The notes under the pieces were generated by a model. It made no database searches. It was given only the letters and a program-made list of their open reading frames with translations, and was not told the origin of the DNA. DNA of 57,992 nucleotides from a virus (lineage: Duplodnaviria > Caudoviricetes). Where the stretch lies: the IMG/VR virus record IMGVR_UViG_3300031754_000006, positions 1-57,992 of that record; one strand, 5' to 3'. Below, piece by piece: positions 18,619 through 26,674 of the stretch (positions are counted from its first letter, which is position 1; every line of letters starts with the position of its first letter). Position numbers and translations under genes: made by a program.

Positions 18619-20007
18619 CTAGAACAGTGCCAGCTGATTAACATCCCTTTCGGGCTGCTCTAGACTTCCAATGTCTCGGCTGCGGGGCGCGTTCAGGGCC
18701 AAGTCAATGCGCCGCTCAGCGATGGCCGCGTAACCCGCGTCTCTGTCGATCCCGATGAAGTTGAAGCCGCACCGCACCGCTGCGCATCCGGTAGTGCCCG
18801 ATCCGAGGAACGGATCCAGCACCGTGCCTCCGGATGGCGTGACGAGCTTACAGAGCCATTCCATGAGCGCGATGGGCTTGACGGTCGGATGGACGTTGCG
18901 CGCTCCGCCGTTGCGTCCTGCGCCAGCGCGAGGGGAGTTGGATCCAAGCGTGCCCGGGGGCGTGTCGGTATTGATAACCCCAGGCTCGACATCCCAGAGC
19001 CCCGCGTCCCTCTCTCCACGGCTGGGCTTGGCCACGTAACGGAAGACGGGAAAGAATCGGGAGGCACCGCCGGAGTCGCCACCACCTACGCCAGATCTGG
19101 TGCCATATTTGCCGTAGATGCCAGCAGTGGTATCGCTAGGCGCGTTAGCGCTTGGGATGCCGCTCGTCAGCTCCCCGCTCTGCTCGTTCAGTTCCCGCAC
19201 CGGGCAGCCGCGCATGCACTCGCGACCGCACTCCGGATCATGGGTGAAGATGAGGTTAGGGGGCCAGCGGCCGGCGGAAGGATCCCACCCGGGCGGCAGA
19301 CCGCCACCCACGGAACCGCCGACATATGCATCCTTGGAGAATCCTCGTTCCCCGCCCGATCGCCTGGCGAGCGCCGCTAGGTCTTCACCGGGCGCCGTCC
19401 CTACCCTGCACGCCTCAATGTTCAGCCCCCCCGTCCCGTAGGCGAGCACGTTCGCGGCCACCGTCCCGATGAGCGGGCGCCTGGCGAGCACGATCGGCTC
19501 CCGGGCGGGCTTGAGAGCGGTGCCCCATCCGTCGTAGGCGGTAGCCGGGGCGGTAGCCGGGGCGTGCACGGTGGCGCCCAGGATGGAGTTTCCGCCATGC
19601 GTGCACGCCGAGCCACCGGGACAGGTACCTCCACGCTGTGGCCCGATGACCTGCCGCTCGGCTCCGAGCGCATCATCGATCGCCTTCGAGACGTTCAGGC
19701 TCTTGGGGAAGCCCGAGCCGAACACCCAGTCGATCGAGTCCCGGATCTCGAAGCCCGCATCCTCGATGGCGCACGCCATGCGGTGATATGTCCGCGGGCC
19801 GCCGAAAGCCAAGAGATGGCCTCCAGGCTTGAGCACGCGCAAAACCTCCCGCCACATCTCAACCGAATAAGCGATCCCGCTTGCATCCCAACTCTTGCCC
19901 ATGAATCCAAGTTCATAGGGGGGATCAGTTACTACCGAATCAACTGAGGCATCAGGCATCGCCCTCATAGCCGCGATGCAGTCGGATACGATAATCCGAT
20001 GGCTCAC
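18619..20007 (-). CDS. DNA amino-methyltransferase (beta class, DPPY, probably m6A)
   Basis: VTDPPY, GFPKS, GRWPPN, HPTVKP, LDPFLGSGTT. Confidence 0.92.
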   Translation of the reverse strand: MSHRIIVSDCIAAMRAMPDASVDSVVTDPPYELGFMGKSWDASGIAYSVEMWREVLRVLKPGGHLLAFGGPRTYHRMACAIEDAGFEIRDSIDWVFGSGFPKSLNVSKAIDDALGAERQVIGPQRGGTCPGGSACTHGGNSILGATVHAPATAPATAYDGWGTALKPAREPIVLARRPLIGTVAANVLAYGTGGLNIEACRVGTAPGEDLAALARRSGGERGFSKDAYVGGSVGGGLPPGWDPSAGRWPPNLIFTHDPECGRECMRGCPVRELNEQSGELTSGIPSANAPSDTTAGIYGKYGTRSGVGGGDSGGASRFFPVFRYVAKPSRGERDAGLWDVEPGVINTDTPPGTLGSNSPRAGAGRNGGARNVHPTVKPIALMEWLCKLVTPSGGTVLDPFLGSGTTGCAAVRCGFNFIGIDRDAGYAAIAERRIDLALNAPRSRDIGSLEQPERDVNQLALF

Positions 20008-20222
20008 TCCTGCACCTTAGTCAGGCGGATAGGGGTAACTGGAGCTAGGTGCATGGCTGAGTCCAGGAGCGCATGAGCAGCGTCTAAGCGCTCTTGGGCT
20101 GCGGCTTGTGCCTCCCGTGCCTCTTGGCGGACATCTAGGGCAGCCAGGTATATGCGTAGGGCGACGTTGATAGTTAAGAGCGCTACGGCTACCCCCATCC
20201 ATGCCACGGCTGCCCATATCAT
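20004..20222 (-). CDS. small membrane protein
   Basis: N-terminal TM helix plus short coiled coil. Confidence 0.5.
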   Translation of the reverse strand: MIWAAVAWMGVAVALLTINVALRIYLAALDVRQEAREAQAAAQERLDAAHALLDSAMHLAPVTPIRLTKVQE

Positions 20223-20410
20223 TCGTCTCCCCCGCTCGCTGCCCTGGTAGCCCAAAACGTTTCTAGAGCGGCGTTAAGATGGCGGACGATATCCGGGCCG
20301 CAGCCTTCTTGCTCTAGATGCTTGGCCATGCCCTGGGGGGAATAGAGCCTATCGCAAATGCCGCACCTCAGGGCACGTATGGGCTCGGGAGTTGTGGGTT
20401 GCTCTGGCAT
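20219..20410 (-). CDS. small Zn-finger-like protein
   Basis: CGIC-x12-H-x5-C. Confidence 0.45.
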   Translation of the reverse strand: MPEQPTTPEPIRALRCGICDRLYSPQGMAKHLEQEGCGPDIVRHLNAALETFWATRAASGGDE

Positions 20411-20461
20411 AGAAGTGCCGGGCTTCTTGCGCGCCTAGCCCGGCTTAGGTGTGGTTCGCGA

Positions 20462-21109
20462 TTACTTGGTATTGGCGATCACCTGCTGCTCCTCAGGTGT
20501 GAAATCGCAGTTAACACTCTGGCCGCCCATGCGTGAGCGCATCACACTGGCATTGAGGGTGGCATATGTAGCCGAGACGCCACGCGGCGTGCCGTTGTAG
20601 CTCGCTGCACTCTGCCCCGAGATGCCCATGGATGTGGCCGTGGCGATGGCATCCTGATTGGCCCCCAGGAACACGAATTCCCAGTTGTAGGCTTCCTGTT
20701 GGTGCTTGATCATCTCGAAGATGCGGGCCCGCGTAAATTCCCGAGACGCATTCTCCATGCCATCCGTCTGGATCAAGAATATCACTTTACTCGGCCGCTG
20801 GGATTCGTCCATGAAGCCCAGATTGGTTCCCAGCGCATTGATCGTGCGTCCGATGGCATCGAGCAGCGCAGTGTTATTCCTGGGCACGTAATTGGCCCTG
20901 GTGCGCTTGGCGATATTGGCGATCGGCACGCGCTCGTAAATCACTTCGTATTCATCGTCAAACTGCGCCAGGCCCACGGTACAGGTTCCTGGCCCCTTGC
21001 TCTGCTCCTCCATGAACGTGTTTAGCCCTCCGATCACGTCATCGCGGATGCCCTCCATGGAACCTGAGCGGTCTAGTACGATCTGGATATGCGTATAGTC
21101 TGCCTTCAT
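20462..21109 (-). CDS. von Willebrand factor A domain protein
   Basis: MIDAS DRSGS, TALLDAIG, IQTDGMENAS, WEFVFLGAN; ATG 21109 with GGAG RBS. Confidence 0.88.
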   Translation of the reverse strand: MKADYTHIQIVLDRSGSMEGIRDDVIGGLNTFMEEQSKGPGTCTVGLAQFDDEYEVIYERVPIANIAKRTRANYVPRNNTALLDAIGRTINALGTNLGFMDESQRPSKVIFLIQTDGMENASREFTRARIFEMIKHQQEAYNWEFVFLGANQDAIATATSMGISGQSAASYNGTPRGVSATYATLNASVMRSRMGGQSVNCDFTPEEQQVIANTK

Positions 21110-21137
21110 GTAGGTTACTCCTTTCGGGTGCTGCGGG

Positions 21138-21404
21138 TTAAGACGCGTGGGCGGCGGGGCAGAGCTGGTGTGCCTGGATCCTCTCAAGCGGCGCCGCATA
21201 GGCCCAACTCCAGCTAGGCACCTTGCCGCCCGTTTGAGCCTCTATGCGTACCGCTAGGGCCAGGCCGGGGTTACGTGTCCCCGTGCAAGCTCGCATTATC
21301 TGGGTTCGATGTGCGCCTACGTGGGCGGCGAAATGCGTATAATCTTGCTGGGTTGACTTGAGGTAGGCAGCGAGGAGCCTAGGGCCTGGGTGGGGGTTGG
21401 TCAT
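21138..21404 (-). CDS. Cro-like HTH transcriptional regulator
   Basis: FAAHVGAHRTQIMRACTGTRNPGLALAVRIEAQTGGKVP; first gene of leftward arm. Confidence 0.75.
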   Translation of the reverse strand: MTNPHPGPRLLAAYLKSTQQDYTHFAAHVGAHRTQIMRACTGTRNPGLALAVRIEAQTGGKVPSWSWAYAAPLERIQAHQLCPAAHAS

Positions 21405-21415
21405 AGCCTCCCATT

Positions 21416-21488
21416 CTTGACATTAGGGTCAGAGGGTGTCAAGCCACACGCGAGCCGCTTGACGCGCGCCCGTGCTCCGTGACACAGT
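21416..21488. promoter_or_regulatory. divergent promoter / switch region
   Basis: CTTGACA-N14-TGTCAAG inverted repeat (21416-21443); rightward TTGACG (21459)-N18-CACAGT with TGn. Confidence 0.55.
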
Positions 21489-21525
21489 GCTCTTAGTTAC
21501 TCGCTGTACCTGGGAGACACCGAGT

Positions 21526-21915
21526 ATGAAGACACCGAATGCAGTAACTACCGCGACGGAAGCGAAGCACACGTCGGGGCCGCGCAGGGTCGTGGAGACC
21601 TCCGCTGGTGACGTTCTCCTTTGGGTGGAAGTCCGACCGGGCACGTACCAGCTCGATGCCGAGCATGGCTTGTGGGACGCGAAGGGCCGCGGAGTCGGGG
21701 GACACGCCCGCATCCTTCATACCCCCGGGTGCTTTGCGGTCAGCATCTTTGCCACTCGCAATGGCCAGACGTATGGCGCGATCCCGCGCTCTACGGAGTA
21801 CACCACTCTGGATGAGGCGATGAGCGCGGGCGAGCGGGGCCTCGAGGCCCAGCGCAAGCGGTACACCAAGAAGTACGGCGCCGCCCTCGCCCTCGCCCGC
21901 GCCCGGGGTGAGTAG
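21526..21915 (+). CDS. early hypothetical protein
   Basis: ATG 21526 with GGGAG upstream; first gene of rightward arm. Confidence 0.6.
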   Translation: MKTPNAVTTATEAKHTSGPRRVVETSAGDVLLWVEVRPGTYQLDAEHGLWDAKGRGVGGHARILHTPGCFAVSIFATRNGQTYGAIPRSTEYTTLDEAMSAGERGLEAQRKRYTKKYGAALALARARGE

Positions 21916-21917
21916 CC

Positions 21918-22163
21918 ATGAATTACCGCCCATACATATCACAGCCTCGTAAGCCGTCCCGCAAAGCCCTCCGTAAACGGGGGGCTAGCGTGGCACGGAA
22001 GGCCCGGGCCACGACACAGTCACGAGATAGCCGCGCCCGCGCTGCCGCTGCCGATGGGGACATGTCCGCTGCTCCTCCTCCCCGCTGTCACTGCGGGGCC
22101 ATGAAGCTCACCGATGCGACCTGGACCAAGCACGGCCGTCTATCCTGTCCGGAGCAGCCATGA
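21918..22163 (+). CDS. basic hypothetical protein with C-terminal Cys/His cluster
   Basis: coupled ORF. Confidence 0.45.
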   Translation: MNYRPYISQPRKPSRKALRKRGASVARKARATTQSRDSRARAAAADGDMSAAPPPRCHCGAMKLTDATWTKHGRLSCPEQP

Positions 22164-22351
22164 GCCCCGGCACCGCCGAAGAGCAGCGCGCGGCATTCCT
22201 GCTGCAGCTCGCCCGCCTCCCCGAACACCTCCGGGTTATCGCAGCCCGTAATTACGTTCGAGTCACCTGTAATGACCATGACCAGCGGCCCAAGCTAGTA
22301 ACCGCCATTCTCGAAAAGGTCCGCAATCTGGACCTGAAAGGATTACCATGA
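22160..22351 (+). CDS. hypothetical protein
   Basis: ATGA overlaps at both ends. Confidence 0.55.
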   Translation: MSPGTAEEQRAAFLLQLARLPEHLRVIAARNYVRVTCNDHDQRPKLVTAILEKVRNLDLKGLP

Positions 22352-22731
22352 GCACCAAGAAAATCGATAAGAGCCTCAAGGCGTGCGCCCAGAAAATGCT
22401 GGATACCGTGGCGCTGCACCTGATCATGCAGGGCGAGCGGTCCATGTCCAATAGAATGGACTGTCAGTATTACGGGCCGTATGGCCTGAAGTGTGCCATT
22501 GGCGCGCTCATTCCCAAGCGGCTGTATAAGCACTCGATGGAGGGCTTAAATGCTCAAACGCTAATCAAGGAATACCCTGCCGTTAGTGATTATCTGGGAG
22601 GTGATACCTTCCTGCCGCTGTTGAGTGACCTCCAGGATCTACACGACCGCACAAAGCCTGAAACATGGGCAGATGGCCTGCAAGATGTGGCGCGGCGCCA
22701 TGATCTGCGCGCTCCCAAGTGTAAGCCATGA
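22348..22731 (+). CDS. phage hypothetical protein (CxY..GLKCAIGALI, LQDLHD)
   Basis: motifs I recall from a common phage early-protein family. Confidence 0.65.
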   Translation: MSTKKIDKSLKACAQKMLDTVALHLIMQGERSMSNRMDCQYYGPYGLKCAIGALIPKRLYKHSMEGLNAQTLIKEYPAVSDYLGGDTFLPLLSDLQDLHDRTKPETWADGLQDVARRHDLRAPKCKP

Positions 22732-22994
22732 AGCTGGAGACCATCCAGGCCATCTGCGAGGTGGCCAACGAAGCCGAGGCCCATGCTGTCCTGGACAGCT
22801 ACTGGAACGACCTCCAGTGCCTCGGGGGCCGTGTGCTGCCCCCTGCCTTTGGCCGCCCTGAGTGGCGAGTGCAAGTCTTCTTCCCGGCCGAGGGCGTGCC
22901 CAAGGAGCTGCCCCTCCCTGCCGGTGTAACCCGCCTCACCATCCCTGCCGCCCTGCGGCGCATCTACGGAATCTTGGAGGTCGTGTGTCCGTGA
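22728..22994 (+). CDS. hypothetical protein
   Basis: ATGA overlap. Confidence 0.55.
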   Translation: MKLETIQAICEVANEAEAHAVLDSYWNDLQCLGGRVLPPAFGRPEWRVQVFFPAEGVPKELPLPAGVTRLTIPAALRRIYGILEVVCP

Positions 22995-23206
22995 GCGAGC
23001 CCAGCAAATTCGATATGTGCGTCTGCGGCTGGACTCGGGTGCAGCACTGCGCCAAGGAGCCCCATCCCTGCTCGCACACGGTCTGTCGCTGTAAGGGATT
23101 CACACTCGCAAAGGGCAGTAATTACGATCTTACCGTCACTGGCGCGGTACGCAATAACCGCGACCTAGAAAATGCATCCTATCACACGCACGGCGGCTAT
23201 CACTAA
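22991..23206 (+). CDS. Cys/His-rich mini-protein, paralogue 1
   Basis: FDMCVCGWTRVQHCAKEPHPCSHTVCRCKGF; GTG 22991. Confidence 0.65.
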   Translation: MSEPSKFDMCVCGWTRVQHCAKEPHPCSHTVCRCKGFTLAKGSNYDLTVTGAVRNNRDLENASYHTHGGYH

Positions 23207-23623
23207 ATGGATCGCCCTCTTCACTTCGACCGCCAGGGGAATCCCCTAGAAACCCTGGAGTGGGCCCGGCTCTTCGAGGACCGCGATGGCCGCATTGTAT
23301 CCCAGGTGGAGCTGCCCAATGGCAAATGGGTATCCACCGTATGGATTGGCACGGGTATGGGCTACGGCGACAGTCGTCCGCTCATCTTCGAGACCATGGT
23401 TTTTCCCACTGCGATCGGAGGCAGAGACCTAGACTGTGAGCGATATGCAACCGAGGCTGAAGCTTTAGCTGGCCACGCCGAGATGGTCAAGAAATGGAGA
23501 GTGCGCCCTAACAAACGCCTCAAGAAGCGCGTACGGGCTAAGAAGATCGGACGCCAGAGAGAAGACGCCCATAAGACGCACAGGCAGATGTATGCCTGGT
23601 ATCGAAAGCGCGGCGGCACTTAA
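23207..23623 (+). CDS. phage hypothetical protein (VSTVW / PLIFETMVF)
   Basis: VSTVWIG, FETMVF, RYATEAEALAGH motifs. Confidence 0.7.
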   Translation: MDRPLHFDRQGNPLETLEWARLFEDRDGRIVSQVELPNGKWVSTVWIGTGMGYGDSRPLIFETMVFPTAIGGRDLDCERYATEAEALAGHAEMVKKWRVRPNKRLKKRVRAKKIGRQREDAHKTHRQMYAWYRKRGGT

Positions 23624-23661
23624 CACCGCAGCACACACCAATTGCAAAAGGAAGAAACCCA

Positions 23662-24369
23662 ATGGCATTCGCAGCTAAGCAAAAGGTCGAGATTACTCCC
23701 CCCAATCTCCAGCTAGTCAAGTTCCGGATCATCGGCACTAGTCCACTCGTCCAAAACAAGTTCAGCAGCCGCGCCCTGGAGGCCATGGCCGCCGATCAGC
23801 GCCTCGGCTCCGCCGCCGTGAAGCGCAAGAAGCGCGAGCCCAAGGACTTCGACCTGGCCGTCAAGGAGGCCACCCACTACGCCGATGCCGGCTGGTGCGG
23901 CCTCCCGGCCTCGGCCTTCCGCACGGGCCTCATCTCCACTTGCCGCCTCCTGGGTTTTCCGATGACTTTGGCCAAATTATCGGTATTTGTCGTCGCCGAT
24001 GGCTACGAGCGCGACAGATTCGGAGTGACGCCACTCGTCCGGATCACCAAGGGCAAGCCCGAGCGCACTGACTTTGCCGTGCGCAACGCCACGGGCGTAG
24101 CCGATATCCGCCCCCGCCCCATGTGGCCCGAAGGCTGGGAGGCGGTCATCTCCATTCGCTTCGACGCTGATCAGTTCACCGTGCAGGACGTGACCAACCT
24201 GCTATCCCGCATGGGCGAGCAGGTGGGGATCGGCGCGGGGCGGCACGACTCCAAGGACTCGGCCGGCATGGGCTGGGGCTGCTTCCGGATCGCCGATACC
24301 GTGGGCGGGGAGGCGCCTACCAAGAAGACCAGGGCGCCCAAGGAAGCAGTACAGGAGGAGGTTGGCTAA
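23662..24369 (+). CDS. stand-alone Cas7/RAMP-like RNA-binding protein (Vipr-like)
   Basis: N-terminal strand FRIIGTSPL, PASAFRTGL (RAMP P-x-S-x-x-K/R-G-like), C-terminal Gly-rich loop GIGAGR...GMGWGCF; no other cas genes. Confidence 0.75.
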   Translation: MAFAAKQKVEITPPNLQLVKFRIIGTSPLVQNKFSSRALEAMAADQRLGSAAVKRKKREPKDFDLAVKEATHYADAGWCGLPASAFRTGLISTCRLLGFPMTLAKLSVFVVADGYERDRFGVTPLVRITKGKPERTDFAVRNATGVADIRPRPMWPEGWEAVISIRFDADQFTVQDVTNLLSRMGEQVGIGAGRHDSKDSAGMGWGCFRIADTVGGEAPTKKTRAPKEAVQEEVG

Positions 24370-24843
24370 ATGCCAAGCGCAGCAGCCAAGCGGCTCAAGC
24401 GGGCCCGTACCCAGTCCATCCATGATGAGCTGGCCAACCTTTACCGATTGCATGGAGGTCTCAAGCCCGACGTGATCGTTGCCTGGGCTAAGAATAACCC
24501 TGCCAGCATCCTGCATTCTAAGTTTACGTGGGATGACAGTGAGGCTGCCAAGTCTTACCGCCTTTGGCAGGCGCGGCAGATTATCACAGAAGTAGAGGTG
24601 CAATACCCGGACGGCCATATACGGCGTGTGTATGTTTCGCCGATGGAGTCTCGCGGCACCCGAGGATATGCGACCTTGGTTGACGTTTTGTCCGATGAGG
24701 AGCGGCGAATTCAATATCTGCAACAGGCATATTCTGAGCTGGAGCGCACCGCCGCAAAATATCAGGACCTTGTGGAATTTGCTGGAGTCCGCAGGGCGAT
24801 TCGGGCTGCCGGCAGGAAACTGCCGAAGGCCAACAAGGAGTAG
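24370..24843 (+). CDS. accessory protein of the RAMP-array locus
   Basis: LHSKFTWDDSEAAKSYRLWQARQII motif; abuts the RAMP stop, and its own stop begins the array. Confidence 0.7.
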   Translation: MPSAAAKRLKRARTQSIHDELANLYRLHGGLKPDVIVAWAKNNPASILHSKFTWDDSEAAKSYRLWQARQIITEVEVQYPDGHIRRVYVSPMESRGTRGYATLVDVLSDEERRIQYLQQAYSELERTAAKYQDLVEFAGVRRAIRAAGRKLPKANKE

Positions 24844-25680
24844 CAGTAGGGGCAAGGTTGAGCTGCGCAGGCTAGGCGCGGAGAAGTCTGGTGAGGACGA
24901 GTGTGGAGCAGCGCGGTCGGGTTAGGCCAAGCAGGCGAGGAATGGACCGGTAACGAGAGGCAGAGATAAGCATGGCAGGTGGAGCAAGGACGTGTAAAGC
25001 CCGGGGCGGGCTGGCACGGCAGGCTGAACCTGGATAGGGTGGGCGAGGTGTGGTCGAGCCTGGACAAGCAGGCGTAGCATCGTACGGGTCGGCAAGGATA
25101 GGCGAGGCCAAGCAGGCCGGGAGTGGTAAGGCTCGCAAGGGCAGGGCTGCGCTGCGCGCGGAAGAGCAGGCAGAGCTAGGATTTGTACGGCATGGAGAGG
25201 CCCGGAGAAGCAAAGCAGGCAAGGAGCGGTAAGGGTCGGAGCCGTTAGGCAGAGCAGGCTTGGCTCGGGTCGGCTTGGGCAGGGTCGGAGCGGCTGGGCA
25301 ATTCAATGCAGGTTAAGCGTGGTGAAGCAGAGGGAGGCAAGGACTGGAACGGGATGGCTGAGCAATGCAGGCACGGACAGGTGAGGTATGGCACGGCACG
25401 GCACGCTAGGGCAAAGCAGGCACGGACAGGACCGGTAAGGTATGGAGCGGCACGTCGAGGCAAAGCAGGTCGAGCTTGGACCGGGATGGCGCGGTCAGGT
25501 GAAGCGTGGCGGGGCCAGGTCTGGCAGGCGTAGCAAGCAGTAAAGGGCAAGGCCAGGAGTGGACGCGATAGGCCAGGTGCAGCAGGCGCGGATCGGCAAA
25601 GCAGAGTGCGGGTCGGACGAGCACGGCAGGCGCGGATAGGTAAGGAAGAGGTCGGCGAGGGGAAGCACAGCAGGCTAAGG
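24841..25680 (+). ncRNA. GGN-NN pentamer array (candidate guide-RNA array 1)
   Basis: 17 GCAGG(C/T) delimiters from 24867 to 25670; spacings 64,44,44,49,44,54,49,39,54,59,49,49,59,58,44,44 (15/16 are 5n+4). Confidence 0.85.
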
Positions 25681-25683
25681 AAT

Positions 25684-25760
25684 CCGTCAGCGCAATTGTG
25701 CATTGACGGCCAGGGGAGTCCGTAAACGACGATATCGCCCCGTAGCGGACTCCCCGCTTT
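25684..25760 (+). terminator. double hairpin closing array 1
   Basis: CCGTCA/TGACGG (25684-25709) and GGGGAGTCCG/CGGACTCCCC (25713-25755), then GCTTT. Confidence 0.6.
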
Positions 25761-25775
25761 ACCAGGAAGAAACCG

Positions 25776-26048
25776 ATGGCAGATAAAAAGCTTACCCCCT
25801 TCGATATGTGCGAGTGCGGTTGGACGCGCGTCCAGCACTGCGCCAGGGCTCCGCATCGGTGTACGCACCCGGGATGCTATTGCGTGGCGTTCAAGCTCTC
25901 TTCTGAGCCTGAACTTGACCGGCTGGATGAAGCCATCCGCACCACAAAGGCCCTGGCGCGGGCGCGGTTCTTTCCTGGGCTCGGACTGCGCGCAGATAGT
26001 ATCGATTACTTCATCAAGTGCGGTATTGAGCCCCTGGAGGAAAGCTAG
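25776..26048 (+). CDS. Cys/His-rich mini-protein, paralogue 2
   Basis: FDMCECGWTRVQHCARAPHRCTHPGCYCVAF. Confidence 0.7.
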   Translation: MADKKLTPFDMCECGWTRVQHCARAPHRCTHPGCYCVAFKLSSEPELDRLDEAIRTTKALARARFFPGLGLRADSIDYFIKCGIEPLEES

Positions 26049-26050
26049 CC

Positions 26051-26305
26051 ATGGCCGAAAGCCCATTTGATATGTGTCTCTGTGGCTGGAGCAGGATCCA
26101 GCACTGCGCTACCCCTCCGCATCCCTGCACACATGAGCGCTGTTGGTGTAAGGCATTTTGCTTCGCCCCCAATCACCCCCCCAAAGTTTCGGCTATCAAG
26201 GATGAGATGGATATGGCAGGCGCCAGGTTTTTTGACAGGTTTGGGTTGTACAGCGCTCCAGACGCAAAAACGCTGATCGCGCAAGGATTTACGCCTAAAG
26301 ACTAA
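26051..26305 (+). CDS. Cys/His-rich mini-protein, paralogue 3
   Basis: FDMCLCGWSRIQHCATPPHPCTHERCWCKAF. Confidence 0.7.
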   Translation: MAESPFDMCLCGWSRIQHCATPPHPCTHERCWCKAFCFAPNHPPKVSAIKDEMDMAGARFFDRFGLYSAPDAKTLIAQGFTPKD

Positions 26306-26404
26306 TCAACTTGCCGCCCCTTTCCCAGGGGGGTGGCCCGGGTGGCAGGTTAATTCCTCCGGATGACGCCTGCTGCCCGGTTTTACCTACGGAGTAACCG
26401 AACG

Positions 26405-26674
26405 ATGAGCAAAGATCGCAAAGACACCGATGACCCGAGGGCATCCGATCTGTGCGCCGTGTGTCTGGGATCAGCCGACAATAACGGCGCCCCCAGGTGG
26501 CGTCACTGCGCCAAGCCTCCCCATAAGTGCAGCGTTTGTGACGTATGCCCAGGATTCCAGTACGGCGGCCGAGCACAGGCTATCCATCGCGCGCGGTGGG
26601 CCGAACACGTAGAGCATTACGTGGAGAAGGGCCATCCCCGCGAACAGGTCGAGTTGGCCATCAAAGGTGAATAA
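26405..26674 (+). CDS. Cys/His-rich mini-protein, divergent paralogue 4
   Basis: DLCAVC...RHCAKPPHKCSVCDVCPGF; ATG 26405 with GGAG. Confidence 0.6.
   Translation: MSKDRKDTDDPRASDLCAVCLGSADNNGAPRWRHCAKPPHKCSVCDVCPGFQYGGRAQAIHRARWAEHVEHYVEKGHPREQVELAIKGE

Noticed and set aside
20462-21109. VWA protein as partner of the AAA ATPase
   Set aside because: VWA partners are usually MoxR-type; this ATPase is classical-clade and lies in the opposite arm 9 kb away.
21258-21281. Unit at 24975 (GG AA CG AA CC GC CT AC) matches cro-like codons GTRNPGLA at 13/16
   Set aside because: About one such hit per 8-pentamer guide is expected by chance in this genome (rough estimate); not evidence unless perfect hits appear in relatives.
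24762-25624. Several ORF-track proteins over array 1, and 14993-15340 over array 2
   Set aside because: Low-complexity R/G/A or P/L/C translations produced by 5-nt periodicity; no RBS or coherent coding frame.
24841-25680. Array as a canonical CRISPR array or simple satellite
   Set aside because: No 23-47-nt direct repeats with unique spacers; only a 5-6-nt delimiter is constant, and NN positions are too variable for a microsatellite.
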